Source of the DNA: Bdellovibrionales bacterium
Lineage (GTDB): Bacteria > Bdellovibrionota > Bdellovibrionia > Bdellovibrionales > UBA1609
DNA length: 64,000 nucleotides
Reading direction: 5' to 3'
NCBI GenBank assembly: GCA_041690295.1
Contig: JAWLHR010000001.1
Location: 256,001 to 320,000, forward strand
Shown one piece after another: positions 1 through 9,712 of this stretch. The notes beneath the pieces are model-generated. The model had not been told where the DNA came from, searched no databases, and was given only the letters and a program-made list of their open reading frames with translations. The translations under genes were made by a program, and so were the position numbers. Position 1 is the first letter of the stretch, and the number at the start of each line of letters is the position of its first letter.

Positions 1-126
1 CCGTGGGCCCACTTCGATATCGCCGGCACCGCGTGGAACATCAGTAACCGGTTCCCCTATCACCCGCGCAAAAGCGCCACGGGAATCATGGTGCGCACAT
101 TTGTGGAGATGGCTGAAAATCTCTAA
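1..126 (+). CDS. pepA: Leucyl aminopeptidase (M17), C-terminal fragment truncated by window edge
   Basis: Frame 1 reads PWAHFDIAGTAWNISNRFPYHPRKSATGIMVRTFVEMAENL*; WAHxDIAGTAW...ATG is the M17 C-terminal motif. Confidence 0.85.
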   Translation, partial: PWAHFDIAGTAWNISNRFPYHPRKSATGIMVRTFVEMAENL

Positions 127-132
127 GAGACC

Positions 133-840
133 TCACTCAACACTGGTGGGCGATCGAACCTCTTCGCGATCGGAGAGTGCGAAGGAGAGGAGATCGCCCC
201 GGACTTCGAGCATGTGGGCTTCATCCAAGTAAATGGCCTGATCCGGATTATCGAAACGGAAAACCTTCACGCGAGTCAGAACCCAGTTCTCGGGCCACTG
301 ATCAGGAATATGTTCAAACTTCACCGTTAACGGGGTTTCACCGTCTATCTTCAATTCCCGATCACCCGGTTTTTCCGCCAACAGTTGTTCGATCGGAATC
401 CAAATGACATCCAACGATCCGGCGTCGGAGCGCGACAGACAAGGCGCTTCGATCGACATTTCCGGCGTTTCGCCCGCGTCGGCGATGCCGATTCCCGCGA
501 ACACGATTTCAATCCGATCATAAAGACCCTGCCGGGCGCGGGTTTGACAGGCCAGATCCAAAGCCCTTCCGCCCTTTTTGGTCAAAAACGCATTACCCAA
601 ATGAACGCCGAGAAATCCGGCCCGCATCTCCAACTTCGCCCTCGTCAGAATTTGCTCGAAGGGCGTTTGTGAAAAGGCGGCACGGGGAACCGGAGAATAA
701 TCCTGCAAGGACCTCACTGAAGCGGGCGCACGCTCTTCTCCGAGATAAACGTAAAGCATTCCGTCCCAGCTTGATGTGACTAAAACGTAGCCAACCAAAA
801 GAGAAATCGAAAAGAGCGTAGGAACTTTCAACATTCGCAT
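133..840 (-). CDS. Hypothetical protein with N-terminal membrane anchor
   Basis: 235-aa ORF with hydrophobic N-terminus; no recognised family. Confidence 0.7.
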   Translation of the reverse strand: MRMLKVPTLFSISLLVGYVLVTSSWDGMLYVYLGEERAPASVRSLQDYSPVPRAAFSQTPFEQILTRAKLEMRAGFLGVHLGNAFLTKKGGRALDLACQTRARQGLYDRIEIVFAGIGIADAGETPEMSIEAPCLSRSDAGSLDVIWIPIEQLLAEKPGDRELKIDGETPLTVKFEHIPDQWPENWVLTRVKVFRFDNPDQAIYLDEAHMLEVRGDLLSFALSDREEVRSPTSVE

Positions 841-848
841 GTCACATT

Positions 849-876
849 TTATCGGCGCACACGGTACCCGAGTAAA
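849..876 (-). promoter_or_regulatory. Putative sigma28 (FliA)-like promoter
   Basis: Minus strand TTTAC-N15-GCCGATAA, 8 nt before the ATG at 840. Confidence 0.5.
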
Positions 877-892
877 GTTTTGTACTTAGCCG

Positions 893-908
893 TGTCTCAA
901 AATGAGAA
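893..908. promoter_or_regulatory. TGTCTCA-N3-TGAGAC-like palindrome, copy 1
   Basis: TGTCTCA AAA TGAGAA in a divergent intergenic region. Confidence 0.5.
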
Positions 909-1012
909 CGCGTATTGTGACCAAAGTCGTGTGTGCTAAACTGGATTTACCGCGTGGGGCGGCTCCAGCACGTAGACTCCGCAAACAACAATCCCAAAAA
1001 GAAAGACGAACG

Positions 1013-1474
1013 ATGAATCAACGCAAGCAACCCATCATGCAAAAGTTCCTTTTGATCTTCACAGGTGTGCTCCTTCTCGCTTTCGTTTTCACTTGGCCGA
1101 CCCGGGACCGGCGGGGCATGATCGACCGCATCCGCATGCTGGTTGGCGCGGAACATTTGGTTTCGGAACAAACTAAAAAAGAAATCGCCGCCGAGGAAAA
1201 AGCCGGTCGCGGTTTGGCTTCAATCATCAAACCCGGACAAAAAATCAGTGGCACCAAGGAAGAGAAAAAGCGGCAACTGGTTCGCAGCATCGCCCGCTAC
1301 TGCAACGAAGATTACAACGCGAAGGTTTGCAAGCATTACCTCACCCAGTGCGGTGAATCCTGCCGAACCTTGGTTCGCAAAGAAGTCTGGAATAAGCTGA
1401 TGAGTAAAAAGAAAACCAGCGCGGAGCGAGTGGCTGCCGCCACCCAGAAATCAGCGAAATCCCGCCGCCGCTAA
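1013..1474 (+). CDS. Hypothetical membrane-anchored basic protein with four Cys
   Basis: TM segment FLLIFTGVLLLAFVF, C-terminal Cys cluster; start at 1013 is inferred. Confidence 0.6.
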   Translation: MNQRKQPIMQKFLLIFTGVLLLAFVFTWPTRDRRGMIDRIRMLVGAEHLVSEQTKKEIAAEEKAGRGLASIIKPGQKISGTKEEKKRQLVRSIARYCNEDYNAKVCKHYLTQCGESCRTLVRKEVWNKLMSKKKTSAERVAAATQKSAKSRRR

Positions 1475-2733
1475 GAACAAGGGCCCTGAGCGCGATAGTT
1501 TTTAAATTGCGCGCCAAGCTCGCGAGCCTCGAGCGCCACGGCCAAGAACGCAATCCGCGCCACCCAGCCATAGCTGTTTTCCATCGGGCGCCCCTCTTTG
1601 CGGATGGGCAAATCGGACACGCAAAGCCGTTGAAAAACCGCGCCTGGTGAATTCAGGTTATCCTCGTCGCTCTTTTCGCCGTGGGCTCTTAAGAAGCCAC
1701 CCGCCAATTGGCAGCCGATCATGTAAATCACCGTTTCCGCCGTCTTGCCGTTCTCCGCCAGCACAGTGGTGGGAATTCCTTCCTGAATGATCACTTCGCT
1801 GACTTCACGACCGCCCTTGGCCGCTTTCATTTTTTTGCGGGTTTTATAATTCCACTCGCGGATTTCCTCAGGGCGACGCACCTGCACCACGCCCAATCCA
1901 TAGGTTCCGGCGTTGTTCTTAACGAACAAAAACGGCTCGCGATCGATCTTATGTTCCCGGTATTTGGATTTGATCCGCTCGTACAATTCCTCGGCGTGGG
2001 AGGCGAGCTGCAGCCGGCTGTCCTCATCATCCACGTCGAAATTCGAAAACAGCGAGGTTTCCACTTGCAGAGTCCAAGGATCCACTCCAACCCGATCGGC
2101 GAATTCGGCGATGAGTTGATTATAAATCTTGAAAAAGCGATCCTTACGTCTCCTGTACCAACCCAACTCCCTGGGCGGATTCATCGGCGTGTCCAATCCC
2201 CGGGCCCACTCCTCGTAATCCACACTGAAATCATTGTTCGAGATCAGCAAGTCAGGAACAAAACCATCCATCGAGACGCCGGAGCCGTCGCGCTCCGCCC
2301 CGTAGATCGTCAGCTGATGGCCTGAAGCGCTCGTGAGTGTGAGCGGCGCCGAGAGCGCGCGGGGGAACGCCAATCGAACTTCCCGGCCCGCGCCTTCGAG
2401 CACCTCTTTAATCACTCGCACATTGTCCCAGTAATAGGGATTTTGCGTGTGCTCCTCGGTGATCAGGCCGATCTTTAGAGTTTGCGGTGAATAGTGTTGA
2501 TCCAGGAACTCCCGGGCCACTTCCACGGCGCTCTCTTGGTCGGCCTGGCATATGTTATTGAAACCGGCGGGAAAAATATTCGCGTCCACAGGGCCGATCT
2601 TGAATCCGGCATCGCGGATGTCAAAACTCGAATAAATGGGAAAACCCAACCCTTTGGCGCGCTCCCTGAACCAGTTCTCTATGTCCTGGTCGCCGCATTC
2701 AAGAATCTTGCGATGTAACTGCTGATGGTCCAT
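1471..2733 (-). CDS. gshA: Glutamate--cysteine ligase (GshA, ATP-grasp-like type)
   Basis: PIYSSFDIRDAGFKIGPVDANIFPAGFNN, EEHTQNPYY, VKNNAGTYGLG, VIIQEG, NLNSPGA motifs; start MDHQQ. Confidence 0.9.
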   Translation of the reverse strand: MDHQQLHRKILECGDQDIENWFRERAKGLGFPIYSSFDIRDAGFKIGPVDANIFPAGFNNICQADQESAVEVAREFLDQHYSPQTLKIGLITEEHTQNPYYWDNVRVIKEVLEGAGREVRLAFPRALSAPLTLTSASGHQLTIYGAERDGSGVSMDGFVPDLLISNNDFSVDYEEWARGLDTPMNPPRELGWYRRRKDRFFKIYNQLIAEFADRVGVDPWTLQVETSLFSNFDVDDEDSRLQLASHAEELYERIKSKYREHKIDREPFLFVKNNAGTYGLGVVQVRRPEEIREWNYKTRKKMKAAKGGREVSEVIIQEGIPTTVLAENGKTAETVIYMIGCQLAGGFLRAHGEKSDEDNLNSPGAVFQRLCVSDLPIRKEGRPMENSYGWVARIAFLAVALEARELGAQFKNYRAQGPCS

Positions 2734-2737
2734 GGAT

Positions 2738-3472
2738 TCATTTCTTTCCGAGAATTTCTTGCAGAACAAGTGTGCCGCCAACGACGGCACCCGGAGCGAT
2801 GACGAGGGTAAATCCCGGTATGAACAATGTCAAACCAAGCGCCAACGCCATGCCGGCCCAAGTGGATCTGTTCCGCCAAATCAAACCTAATCGTTCGCGC
2901 AATCCATACTCCATGCCCTCAAAGGAATAATCGAGCAAGTCAAACGCCAGAATCATCAAGGTGAGGAAAATCGCGATGATATTCACCACGGGAATGAACG
3001 ACAAAATGAACAGCAAGACACCCAGTGACAGAAACAATATGGATTTAATGACACTCACGCGCAGCATACGAAGCGATGTCCTCAGCCACACGCCCAACAT
3101 AAAGCTTCGGTCCACTTTAAGCCCGTTCAAGATCAACGCGCGTTCGGCGAGCAATGAATAAAACGGAATGGCGAGAATGGAATGGGCGAAATAACTGACA
3201 AAAACACAGCTCACTAAAAGCAACAGACCGCCGCCGACCACCAAGGGATAATAGAGTAACTGCGACCAAAACCCGCTGGTGGTCCCCAAAATGAATGTGA
3301 CGAGCATTTCCACCCACGAGGCGAGATGTCCAAAGAGAATCCATGTGAAAACGCCGGCGATCGTGACCGCGATCAAAAACGGTACGATCGCCAACATTAA
3401 CAGGCGACGCTGAGTTAACAGAAGCCCCCAACCTCGAACCCAAAAAGACAAACCCGCCGCGAATCCGGACAT
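2738..3472 (-). CDS. EI24/CysZ-like membrane protein
   Basis: Multiple TM helices with AIPFYSLLAE, FIPVVN and DYSFE motifs. Confidence 0.75.
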   Translation of the reverse strand: MSGFAAGLSFWVRGWGLLLTQRRLLMLAIVPFLIAVTIAGVFTWILFGHLASWVEMLVTFILGTTSGFWSQLLYYPLVVGGGLLLLVSCVFVSYFAHSILAIPFYSLLAERALILNGLKVDRSFMLGVWLRTSLRMLRVSVIKSILFLSLGVLLFILSFIPVVNIIAIFLTLMILAFDLLDYSFEGMEYGLRERLGLIWRNRSTWAGMALALGLTLFIPGFTLVIAPGAVVGGTLVLQEILGKK

Positions 3473-4545
3473 TATCGTTTCGCCTTGGCCTTAGGTTTTT
3501 TTTCCGGTGCGTCCACGATCCGGCCCTCGCGTTTGAGTCCCTCTCGTTTTTCAGCTTCTTTGGTGAGCTGATTGAACTCGGCCACTTTGGCCAGTTCCGC
3601 TTGAAGCTTGGACTCGACCTTCGCGATGTGAGTAAAAACGTTTTCGACCAATGGATTGGCCTTGGGCAGTTTCAATTTTTTCAGTTCTTGAATGACCTGC
3701 AATCCCCGCGTGTAAAACGCCCGCCGCTGGTCCACCGACTCCAATTTGAACTTCCAGATGTTCTCATAACCCATCTGGAGATCATCGGCCGCCTTGCGTG
3801 ACCAAAGCGGATGGTCGAGTTCCGTGGCTTGCAAAAGATAGGGTTGCTGCATGGAAAGGGATTGCATATAGGAGTCCGCCGACGCGGTCGCATCCCGTTG
3901 AGAATAGCTTAGCTGACCCATCAGATACATGGTTCGAGACAAGACTTCTTTACGTTTGTGATCATGGTGCCGGCCCACCATTTTCTTTAGCCCTTCACTG
4001 GCCAAGCTGAAATACTCAAGCGCCTTTTTGCGGTTACCGATGCGCGCGTAAGCCGCGGCCAAACGGGCGGGTATCTCCGCGTGCAAAGTTTCATAGGGCA
4101 GTGACTTTCCCCGTTTGCGGGCATCGAGCAAAGAGGTGATGGTCTTCGTGTCCTGACCCAAACATTCATACATGAGGCTCAGGCGAAAAAGCGCTTGCGC
4201 TTCGATCTGTTCGAATTTGCCCGCGGAACCGCGAACCGCCTCGCGATAGCGCTCCGCCGCCTTGTCACATTGGCCCAGACCTTCATAAGCCGCGCCGGAA
4301 TTATAGACGATCACCAAGTCCAACTTCGACGCCGGTTTCTCGACCAGGAGCTGATCGAAGGTTTTCGCCGCCTCCGAATAATTTTCGTTTTCCAAAGCCT
4401 TCATGCCCCGTTCGAAGGCTGGGTTTTCGCGCCCTTCATCCATCAAAAGCTCATTGATCGATGGCTTCTTCTGACTCGAGCAACCGACCAATGCGCTTAA
4501 TATTAGAAAGAAACTAAAAAATGCTTTCACGCTAAAGCCCTCCAT
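3472..4545 (-). CDS. TPR-repeat lipoprotein
   Basis: Lipobox LVGC, then TPR-like helices (AFERGMKALENENYSEAAKTF; YNSGAAYEGLGQCDKAAERY). Confidence 0.75.
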   Translation of the reverse strand: MEGFSVKAFFSFFLILSALVGCSSQKKPSINELLMDEGRENPAFERGMKALENENYSEAAKTFDQLLVEKPASKLDLVIVYNSGAAYEGLGQCDKAAERYREAVRGSAGKFEQIEAQALFRLSLMYECLGQDTKTITSLLDARKRGKSLPYETLHAEIPARLAAAYARIGNRKKALEYFSLASEGLKKMVGRHHDHKRKEVLSRTMYLMGQLSYSQRDATASADSYMQSLSMQQPYLLQATELDHPLWSRKAADDLQMGYENIWKFKLESVDQRRAFYTRGLQVIQELKKLKLPKANPLVENVFTHIAKVESKLQAELAKVAEFNQLTKEAEKREGLKREGRIVDAPEKKPKAKAKR

Positions 4546-5606
4546 TTCTCTTCCAAGACGGATGCCATTCGGCCCAAGTCGTCCAAGCCCTGAACGGAGT
4601 TATTGAAATCAGGAAGCCGGATCACCGGAACCGTTCCAGCCAGTTGCGAATTCAAACGTTCAAAGGCTTCCTGCCGGTGTTTGAAGTGTTCCGCGAATTG
4701 ATCATGAATGGTTTTGAGCGTTTGAAAATCCGGATTTTCGCTCCAGGACTCCGGCCACAAGTGTTCACCTTGGGCCCACTCTGGGAACCAACGATTCACG
4801 ATCACCGCTTTGAGCTTCAGGTTTTCCTGGCTGAGTTCCTGTTGGAACTCCAAAGCTTCTTTCAACTTGGTTTCGTCGAAACCGGTGACCAAGATGAATG
4901 CGGAATCTCCGCCATGTAACAATTTTTCCACATCATCGGCGACGGCGGCGATCCGCCCCCTTAAGTGGGACACATGCAGGAAAAAGTCCCGCAGTTCGCA
5001 AATGAACTTGCTGCCCGTCACGTTCTCCAAAGCGTTTAAAACCAGACGGGTGCCCTGGTGAAGCGTTCGTTTCATCCAGTTCTCGCCTTCAGTGGGATTG
5101 GCGAACCAGCTGATCACACTTTCCTGAAACAACGAATAAAGCCGCTCCGGCGCGCGCAGAAAATCCACCGCGTTTTGCGTGGGCGGCGTATCCAGAATGA
5201 TAAGATCATAATTTCCCGAGCGGTACGCGGACATCAAGCGAGCCAGCGACGTGAACTCCTGACTTCCGCTCAGATTTGAAACAAGTTGTTTGTATAGCGA
5301 GTTTTCAAAAAGCGCTTTGGCCACACCTTTATCCACGGAGCCGAGGACAAATTCATCGAACTCCCGGCGCGCGTTGATCATGGCGGCGAAAAGTCCGGCC
5401 TGTCCCGGAACGGCCACATCACGCTCGGTTGATTTCTCGATGCCGAGCGCCTGAGCCAAACGTTGCGCGGGATCGATGGTCAAAGTCAGCGTTTTCAAAT
5501 TCTCCCGAGCGGCGAGAACACCCAGACTCGCGGATAAGGACGTCTTACCGACACCGCCGGTGCCGCAGCAGATGATCACCTTATGTTGTTTTAAAAAATT
5601 GATCAC
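4527..5606 (-). CDS. ArsA/Get3-family ATPase (second of pair)
   Basis: GTGGVGKTS P-loop, TIDPAQRL, ILDTPPT, VIVNR; GTG start overlaps the upstream stop. Confidence 0.85.
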   Translation of the reverse strand: MINFLKQHKVIICCGTGGVGKTSLSASLGVLAARENLKTLTLTIDPAQRLAQALGIEKSTERDVAVPGQAGLFAAMINARREFDEFVLGSVDKGVAKALFENSLYKQLVSNLSGSQEFTSLARLMSAYRSGNYDLIILDTPPTQNAVDFLRAPERLYSLFQESVISWFANPTEGENWMKRTLHQGTRLVLNALENVTGSKFICELRDFFLHVSHLRGRIAAVADDVEKLLHGGDSAFILVTGFDETKLKEALEFQQELSQENLKLKAVIVNRWFPEWAQGEHLWPESWSENPDFQTLKTIHDQFAEHFKHRQEAFERLNSQLAGTVPVIRLPDFNNSVQGLDDLGRMASVLEEKWRALA

Positions 5607-6475
5607 ACCGCCTCCCATCGCACCGAAAGCGCTCGAATGCGTTCCGGAATCGAGTCACCGAAAATCCAGGGGAGCTTGATGATCGGATATCCGCGCGGAC
5701 TGATCTGTTTTTCCACGCTCTCCTGCCGCTCAAGGAGCCGCGTGAGATAGGCGGCGAAGTCGTGGGCCAAGAAAGGTTCGAGCTGCGCGGTCGTCAACGG
5801 ACATTCGAGCCACCGATTCAAAACCAGAGATGGTGTTTGTTCCAATTCATTTTGAATGTCGCGAGCGAGTTCCAACCCTTCGGTGACCGGCAATTCCTCA
5901 GGCGTCACACAAACATAGTACTTCGCGGTTTCAGGGGATTTCATCACCTGCATAATGGAGCGCGAATGTTCACCCATGGGGCCGAACGGTATGGCTTCGG
6001 CCATGCCCACGGGAGCGCGCCAAAGCGCCCGGAAGTGACCGGTGGAATAACAATCAATCACCAATTCGTCATAGGGCATGCTCGGGCCGACATTGCGAAC
6101 CCCGCTGGTGATCTTTCCCAAAAGCGCCAATTCTTTAAGAGCCGGAGCCGCCCGGATCAGCGAACGCATCATCCGATTATCGAAAAACAACGTCACAAGT
6201 TTATCGATCTTCAAAAGGTGTTGCAGATATTCCCTCAGACAGGCGTCGCCTTCCCATCGGACCACTGACAAATGGGTATTGATCGATACAGGGTGGGATC
6301 CGATTTCCACATGAAAAAAATGCCGGAAATAACTTCTCTCACCCAGCTCCACCAGAAGGGTTTTGCGACCGCGGCTAGCCAATTGCCAGGCCAAGCTTGC
6401 GGCCACGGTCGACTTACCGACGCCTCCCTTACCCGAAATAAAATGGATCACCGGCCCACCCCTCTTGCGCTGCAT
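5603..6475 (-). CDS. ArsA/Get3-family ATPase (first of pair)
   Basis: SGKGGVGKST deviant Walker A, DCYSTGH, PEELPVTE; true start may be GTG at 6451. Confidence 0.85.
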   Translation of the reverse strand: MQRKRGGPVIHFISGKGGVGKSTVAASLAWQLASRGRKTLLVELGERSYFRHFFHVEIGSHPVSINTHLSVVRWEGDACLREYLQHLLKIDKLVTLFFDNRMMRSLIRAAPALKELALLGKITSGVRNVGPSMPYDELVIDCYSTGHFRALWRAPVGMAEAIPFGPMGEHSRSIMQVMKSPETAKYYVCVTPEELPVTEGLELARDIQNELEQTPSLVLNRWLECPLTTAQLEPFLAHDFAAYLTRLLERQESVEKQISPRGYPIIKLPWIFGDSIPERIRALSVRWEAV

Positions 6476-6547
6476 AATTTACTATATATAGGAGTTGGCA
6501 ATCTGCGGCATAAACGGTACACCGAACCGTCAATCGAAGGAGTGTCC

Positions 6548-7852
6548 ATGAAATCTACGGTCGATAAGATCGATACTTTATCTCGTAAGATCACAGTCGA
6601 GATCCCGGCGGAAGTCGTCCAAAAAGCATTCGACAAAGTTTATAAGGCCATCCAAAAAAAGGCCAACATAAAGGGATTTCGCCAAGGAAAAGCACCCCTC
6701 TCCAAGATCAAATCACTTTACGGCGAAGAAGTTAAAGGAGATGTGGTTAACGAATTGGTCAACGACGCTTATCGTGAAGCGCTGGATGAACACAATCTCG
6801 AGCCGGTCGGCTATCCAAAAGTCACTTTCTCGCCCATCGAAGAATCCAAAGCTTTTTCCTTCTCGGCGGAATTTGAAATCCGCCCGGAAGTGAATTTGAA
6901 AAAATACGAAGGCCTGACCGTAGTTAAAGAGAAATTGGAAATTCCGGAAGAGCGGATCAATACCATCCTCGAAAATATCCGCGCCAACCAAGCGGAGTTG
7001 AACACCGTTTTTGACGATCGCGCTTTGACAACCGGTGACGTAGCGGTCATCGATTTTGAAGGGCAGATCAACGGCCAACCGTTACCTAATGGATCCGCAA
7101 CTGACCATCATTTGGAAATCGGATCCAATCAATTCATCGAAGGTTTTGAAGACGGTGTAGTGGGAATGAAGATCGGTGAAGAGCGGGTTTTGAATCTGCG
7201 TTTCCCCGAACCGTACCACGAGCCGAGCCTGAGTGGCGCGCCTGTCACTTTCATCGTGAAACTGAAAGGCATCAAAACCAAAGTGTTGCCGGAGCTCAAT
7301 GACGATCTCGCCAAAAAAGTGGGCGAGTTCAATTCCCTGCAAGAGCTTAAAGATCGAATTCGTCAAGACATCAAAGAAAGCGAAGAGCGCCGGATCAATG
7401 ATGACTTAAGAAACCGCGTGGTGCGCGCCCTGGTCGAAGCCAATCCGGTGGATGCTCCCAAAACCTTGGTTCATCAGCAAAAAGCCGCCCTTGAGGAAGA
7501 CTTCAAAGGCCGCCTTAAGCAGCAAGGCATGAGCGACTCGGATTTTGAAGAGTACAAGACCAAGTGGGCCCAAGACTTCGAGGACTCGGCGACTTTCATG
7601 GTGAAATCCACGTTCTTGCTCGATGCTTTGGCCGACAAATTGAATCTTCGCGCCACGGCAGAGGAGATCGACCAGAAAATCAACGAATACGCCAGACAGA
7701 CCGGTATCGAGCTTGAGCGCCTCAAAGAGTTTTATGGCAATCCGGAACGTCGTTCTCGCCTGAGCTTCCAAGTGACGGAAGAAAAGGTGGTTTCGTATTT
7801 GGTCGACAAGTCGAATATTTCGGAAGTAACTAAAGACAAATTACCCGGCTAA
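6548..7852 (+). CDS. tig: Trigger factor
   Basis: GFRQGKAP signature, FKBP domain (IDFEG, FIEGFEDGVVGMK), RBS GAAGGAG before 6548. Confidence 0.97.
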   Translation: MKSTVDKIDTLSRKITVEIPAEVVQKAFDKVYKAIQKKANIKGFRQGKAPLSKIKSLYGEEVKGDVVNELVNDAYREALDEHNLEPVGYPKVTFSPIEESKAFSFSAEFEIRPEVNLKKYEGLTVVKEKLEIPEERINTILENIRANQAELNTVFDDRALTTGDVAVIDFEGQINGQPLPNGSATDHHLEIGSNQFIEGFEDGVVGMKIGEERVLNLRFPEPYHEPSLSGAPVTFIVKLKGIKTKVLPELNDDLAKKVGEFNSLQELKDRIRQDIKESEERRINDDLRNRVVRALVEANPVDAPKTLVHQQKAALEEDFKGRLKQQGMSDSDFEEYKTKWAQDFEDSATFMVKSTFLLDALADKLNLRATAEEIDQKINEYARQTGIELERLKEFYGNPERRSRLSFQVTEEKVVSYLVDKSNISEVTKDKLPG

Positions 7853-7873
7853 CAGTTTTTAGGAGAGTTTCAA

Positions 7874-8281
7874 ATGATTCGCTTCGCCCTGTTCGTCCTT
7901 ATGTTGCTGATTGTGTCTTGCGCCCATCACCGTGACGTGCGCCCCGGCGCCGACGGAGTCCACCGCGTGCAGATCCAGACCGATGATGTGGAAAGTTCCA
8001 CTCGCGACGCGATTTCTCAGGCCAATCATTACTGCAAACAGAAAAACCAGGAAGCCGCGTTCATCCAAGAAGAACAAAAGTACACCGGCGATATGGACGA
8101 GCAATCGTATAAGGCCGCCAAACGCGCGACCACTGTCGCCAAGACCGTGGGCGGTGCGGTTTGGGTTTTCGGCGGTCGCAAAGAAAGCACCATCGGTGGC
8201 TTGGCCGGATTGGGCGGAATGGTCGGTGACGCCGCCCTCGGCAAAGGCTACACCGTTGAGATGCGGTTCAAGTGCCAATAA
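7874..8281 (+). CDS. Small lipoprotein with glycine-zipper-like segment
   Basis: Lipobox IVSC, AGGAG RBS, GGLAGLGGMVG. Confidence 0.75.
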   Translation: MIRFALFVLMLLIVSCAHHRDVRPGADGVHRVQIQTDDVESSTRDAISQANHYCKQKNQEAAFIQEEQKYTGDMDEQSYKAAKRATTVAKTVGGAVWVFGGRKESTIGGLAGLGGMVGDAALGKGYTVEMRFKCQ

Positions 8282-8284
8282 GGC

Positions 8285-9712
8285 TTAATTAGCCGCTGAT
8301 TTGGCGGCTTCCGGCTTGGCCGGCGTCTCGCCGTTCAACACTAACGCACGCAAGTAATTGTACGCCTGCTGAACCTGGAAATCGTCCTTCAGCAGGCGAT
8401 CCTTCGGCGAAAGTTCTTTTTGATTTTTGTTATCCGGCTCGGTCCACCAATATTGAACCTTTTTGAACTCGGTCTTTTTGCCGGAATCCTTTTTCTGATT
8501 TTTATGGGCGATCGCGTTCGGCCCTTTGTTTTCCGCCTCGTTGTCGCCTTGCAGATGGCCGGCCATATCGCCTTCCCGGCGGACATCGCGCTTGATCCGC
8601 GCACGATCCAACACTTCTGGCGAAAAATCCTCAAGTTCTATGTCGGGCACGATGCCATAGGCCTGAATGCTGCGCCCGCTGGGCGTGTAATAACGGCCCA
8701 CCGTCAATTTCAAGCCGGAACCGTCACCTAGCTTGACCACCGATTGCACCGATCCCTTACCGAAACTCCGCTGGCCCATCACCAACGCGCGCTTATTATC
8801 TTGTAAAGCGCCCGCCAAAATTTCCGAAGCGCTGGCGGAATATTCGTCGATCAAAACAATCAAAGGAAAGTAACTAAATGTTCCGTTTTTCTTTTTAGCG
8901 TAAATGACTTCCTTTTCTTTTTTATTGCGGCCCATGGTGCTGACGATGATGCCCTTATCCATAAAGAGATTGCTGGCCTGAACCGCCTGATCGAGCAAGC
9001 CGCCGGGGTTACGGCGCAAATCGAGAATCAATCCCTTTACGCCCTTATACTTTTTCTCGTGGGCGGCGATGGCCTTTTGCAGATCCGACGCGGAATTTTC
9101 GATGAAGCTCGTGATTTTCACATAGCCGTAGCCGTCGCCCAAATCGGTGTACTTCACCGATTTGATCTTCACCGTTCCCCGTTCGATCACGAAGGTTTTC
9201 GGCTGATCGAAGCCGTCGCGGAAAATCCCCAGCTTCACTTTCACGCCTTTTTTACCTTTCATGCGCTGGGCGGCCTCGACCAAACTGAATCCCTTGGTGG
9301 ACTCACCGTCGATTTCCACAATTTTATCCCCAGCTTTAATCCCCGCCTTCCACGCGGGTGTGTCTTCAATCGGTGAAATTACGGTCAAGACTCCGTTTTG
9401 CACGGTGATCTCGATGCCAATCCCGCCGAACTCACCGCTCGTTTCCGTCTCGAATTCTTTGTAAATATCGGGCGGCAGAAAATTGGTGTGAGGATCAAGC
9501 TCGCGCAACATGCCTTTGATCCCACCGTAGATCAACTTTTTGGTATCCACTTCCTCGACGTAAAACTGTTGAACAAGATTGAGGACTTTCGCGAACAACT
9601 GAAGTTCTTGGTAGCGTTCGTCGGCGAAAACCCGAACACTTTTTGATGTCGACGCCAGGAAGACCAGTCCAAGAGTTAATCCCACGACCAAGGTCCATTT
9701 ATGTCGCTTCAC
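8285..9712 (-). CDS. ctpA: S41A C-terminal processing protease
   Basis: LDPHT, PDZ GGIGI, LDLRRNPGG, SASASEI, GKGSVQ, YYTPSGRSI. Confidence 0.93.
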   Translation of the reverse strand: MKRHKWTLVVGLTLGLVFLASTSKSVRVFADERYQELQLFAKVLNLVQQFYVEEVDTKKLIYGGIKGMLRELDPHTNFLPPDIYKEFETETSGEFGGIGIEITVQNGVLTVISPIEDTPAWKAGIKAGDKIVEIDGESTKGFSLVEAAQRMKGKKGVKVKLGIFRDGFDQPKTFVIERGTVKIKSVKYTDLGDGYGYVKITSFIENSASDLQKAIAAHEKKYKGVKGLILDLRRNPGGLLDQAVQASNLFMDKGIIVSTMGRNKKEKEVIYAKKKNGTFSYFPLIVLIDEYSASASEILAGALQDNKRALVMGQRSFGKGSVQSVVKLGDGSGLKLTVGRYYTPSGRSIQAYGIVPDIELEDFSPEVLDRARIKRDVRREGDMAGHLQGDNEAENKGPNAIAHKNQKKDSGKKTEFKKVQYWWTEPDNKNQKELSPKDRLLKDDFQVQQAYNYLRALVLNGETPAKPEAAKSAAN

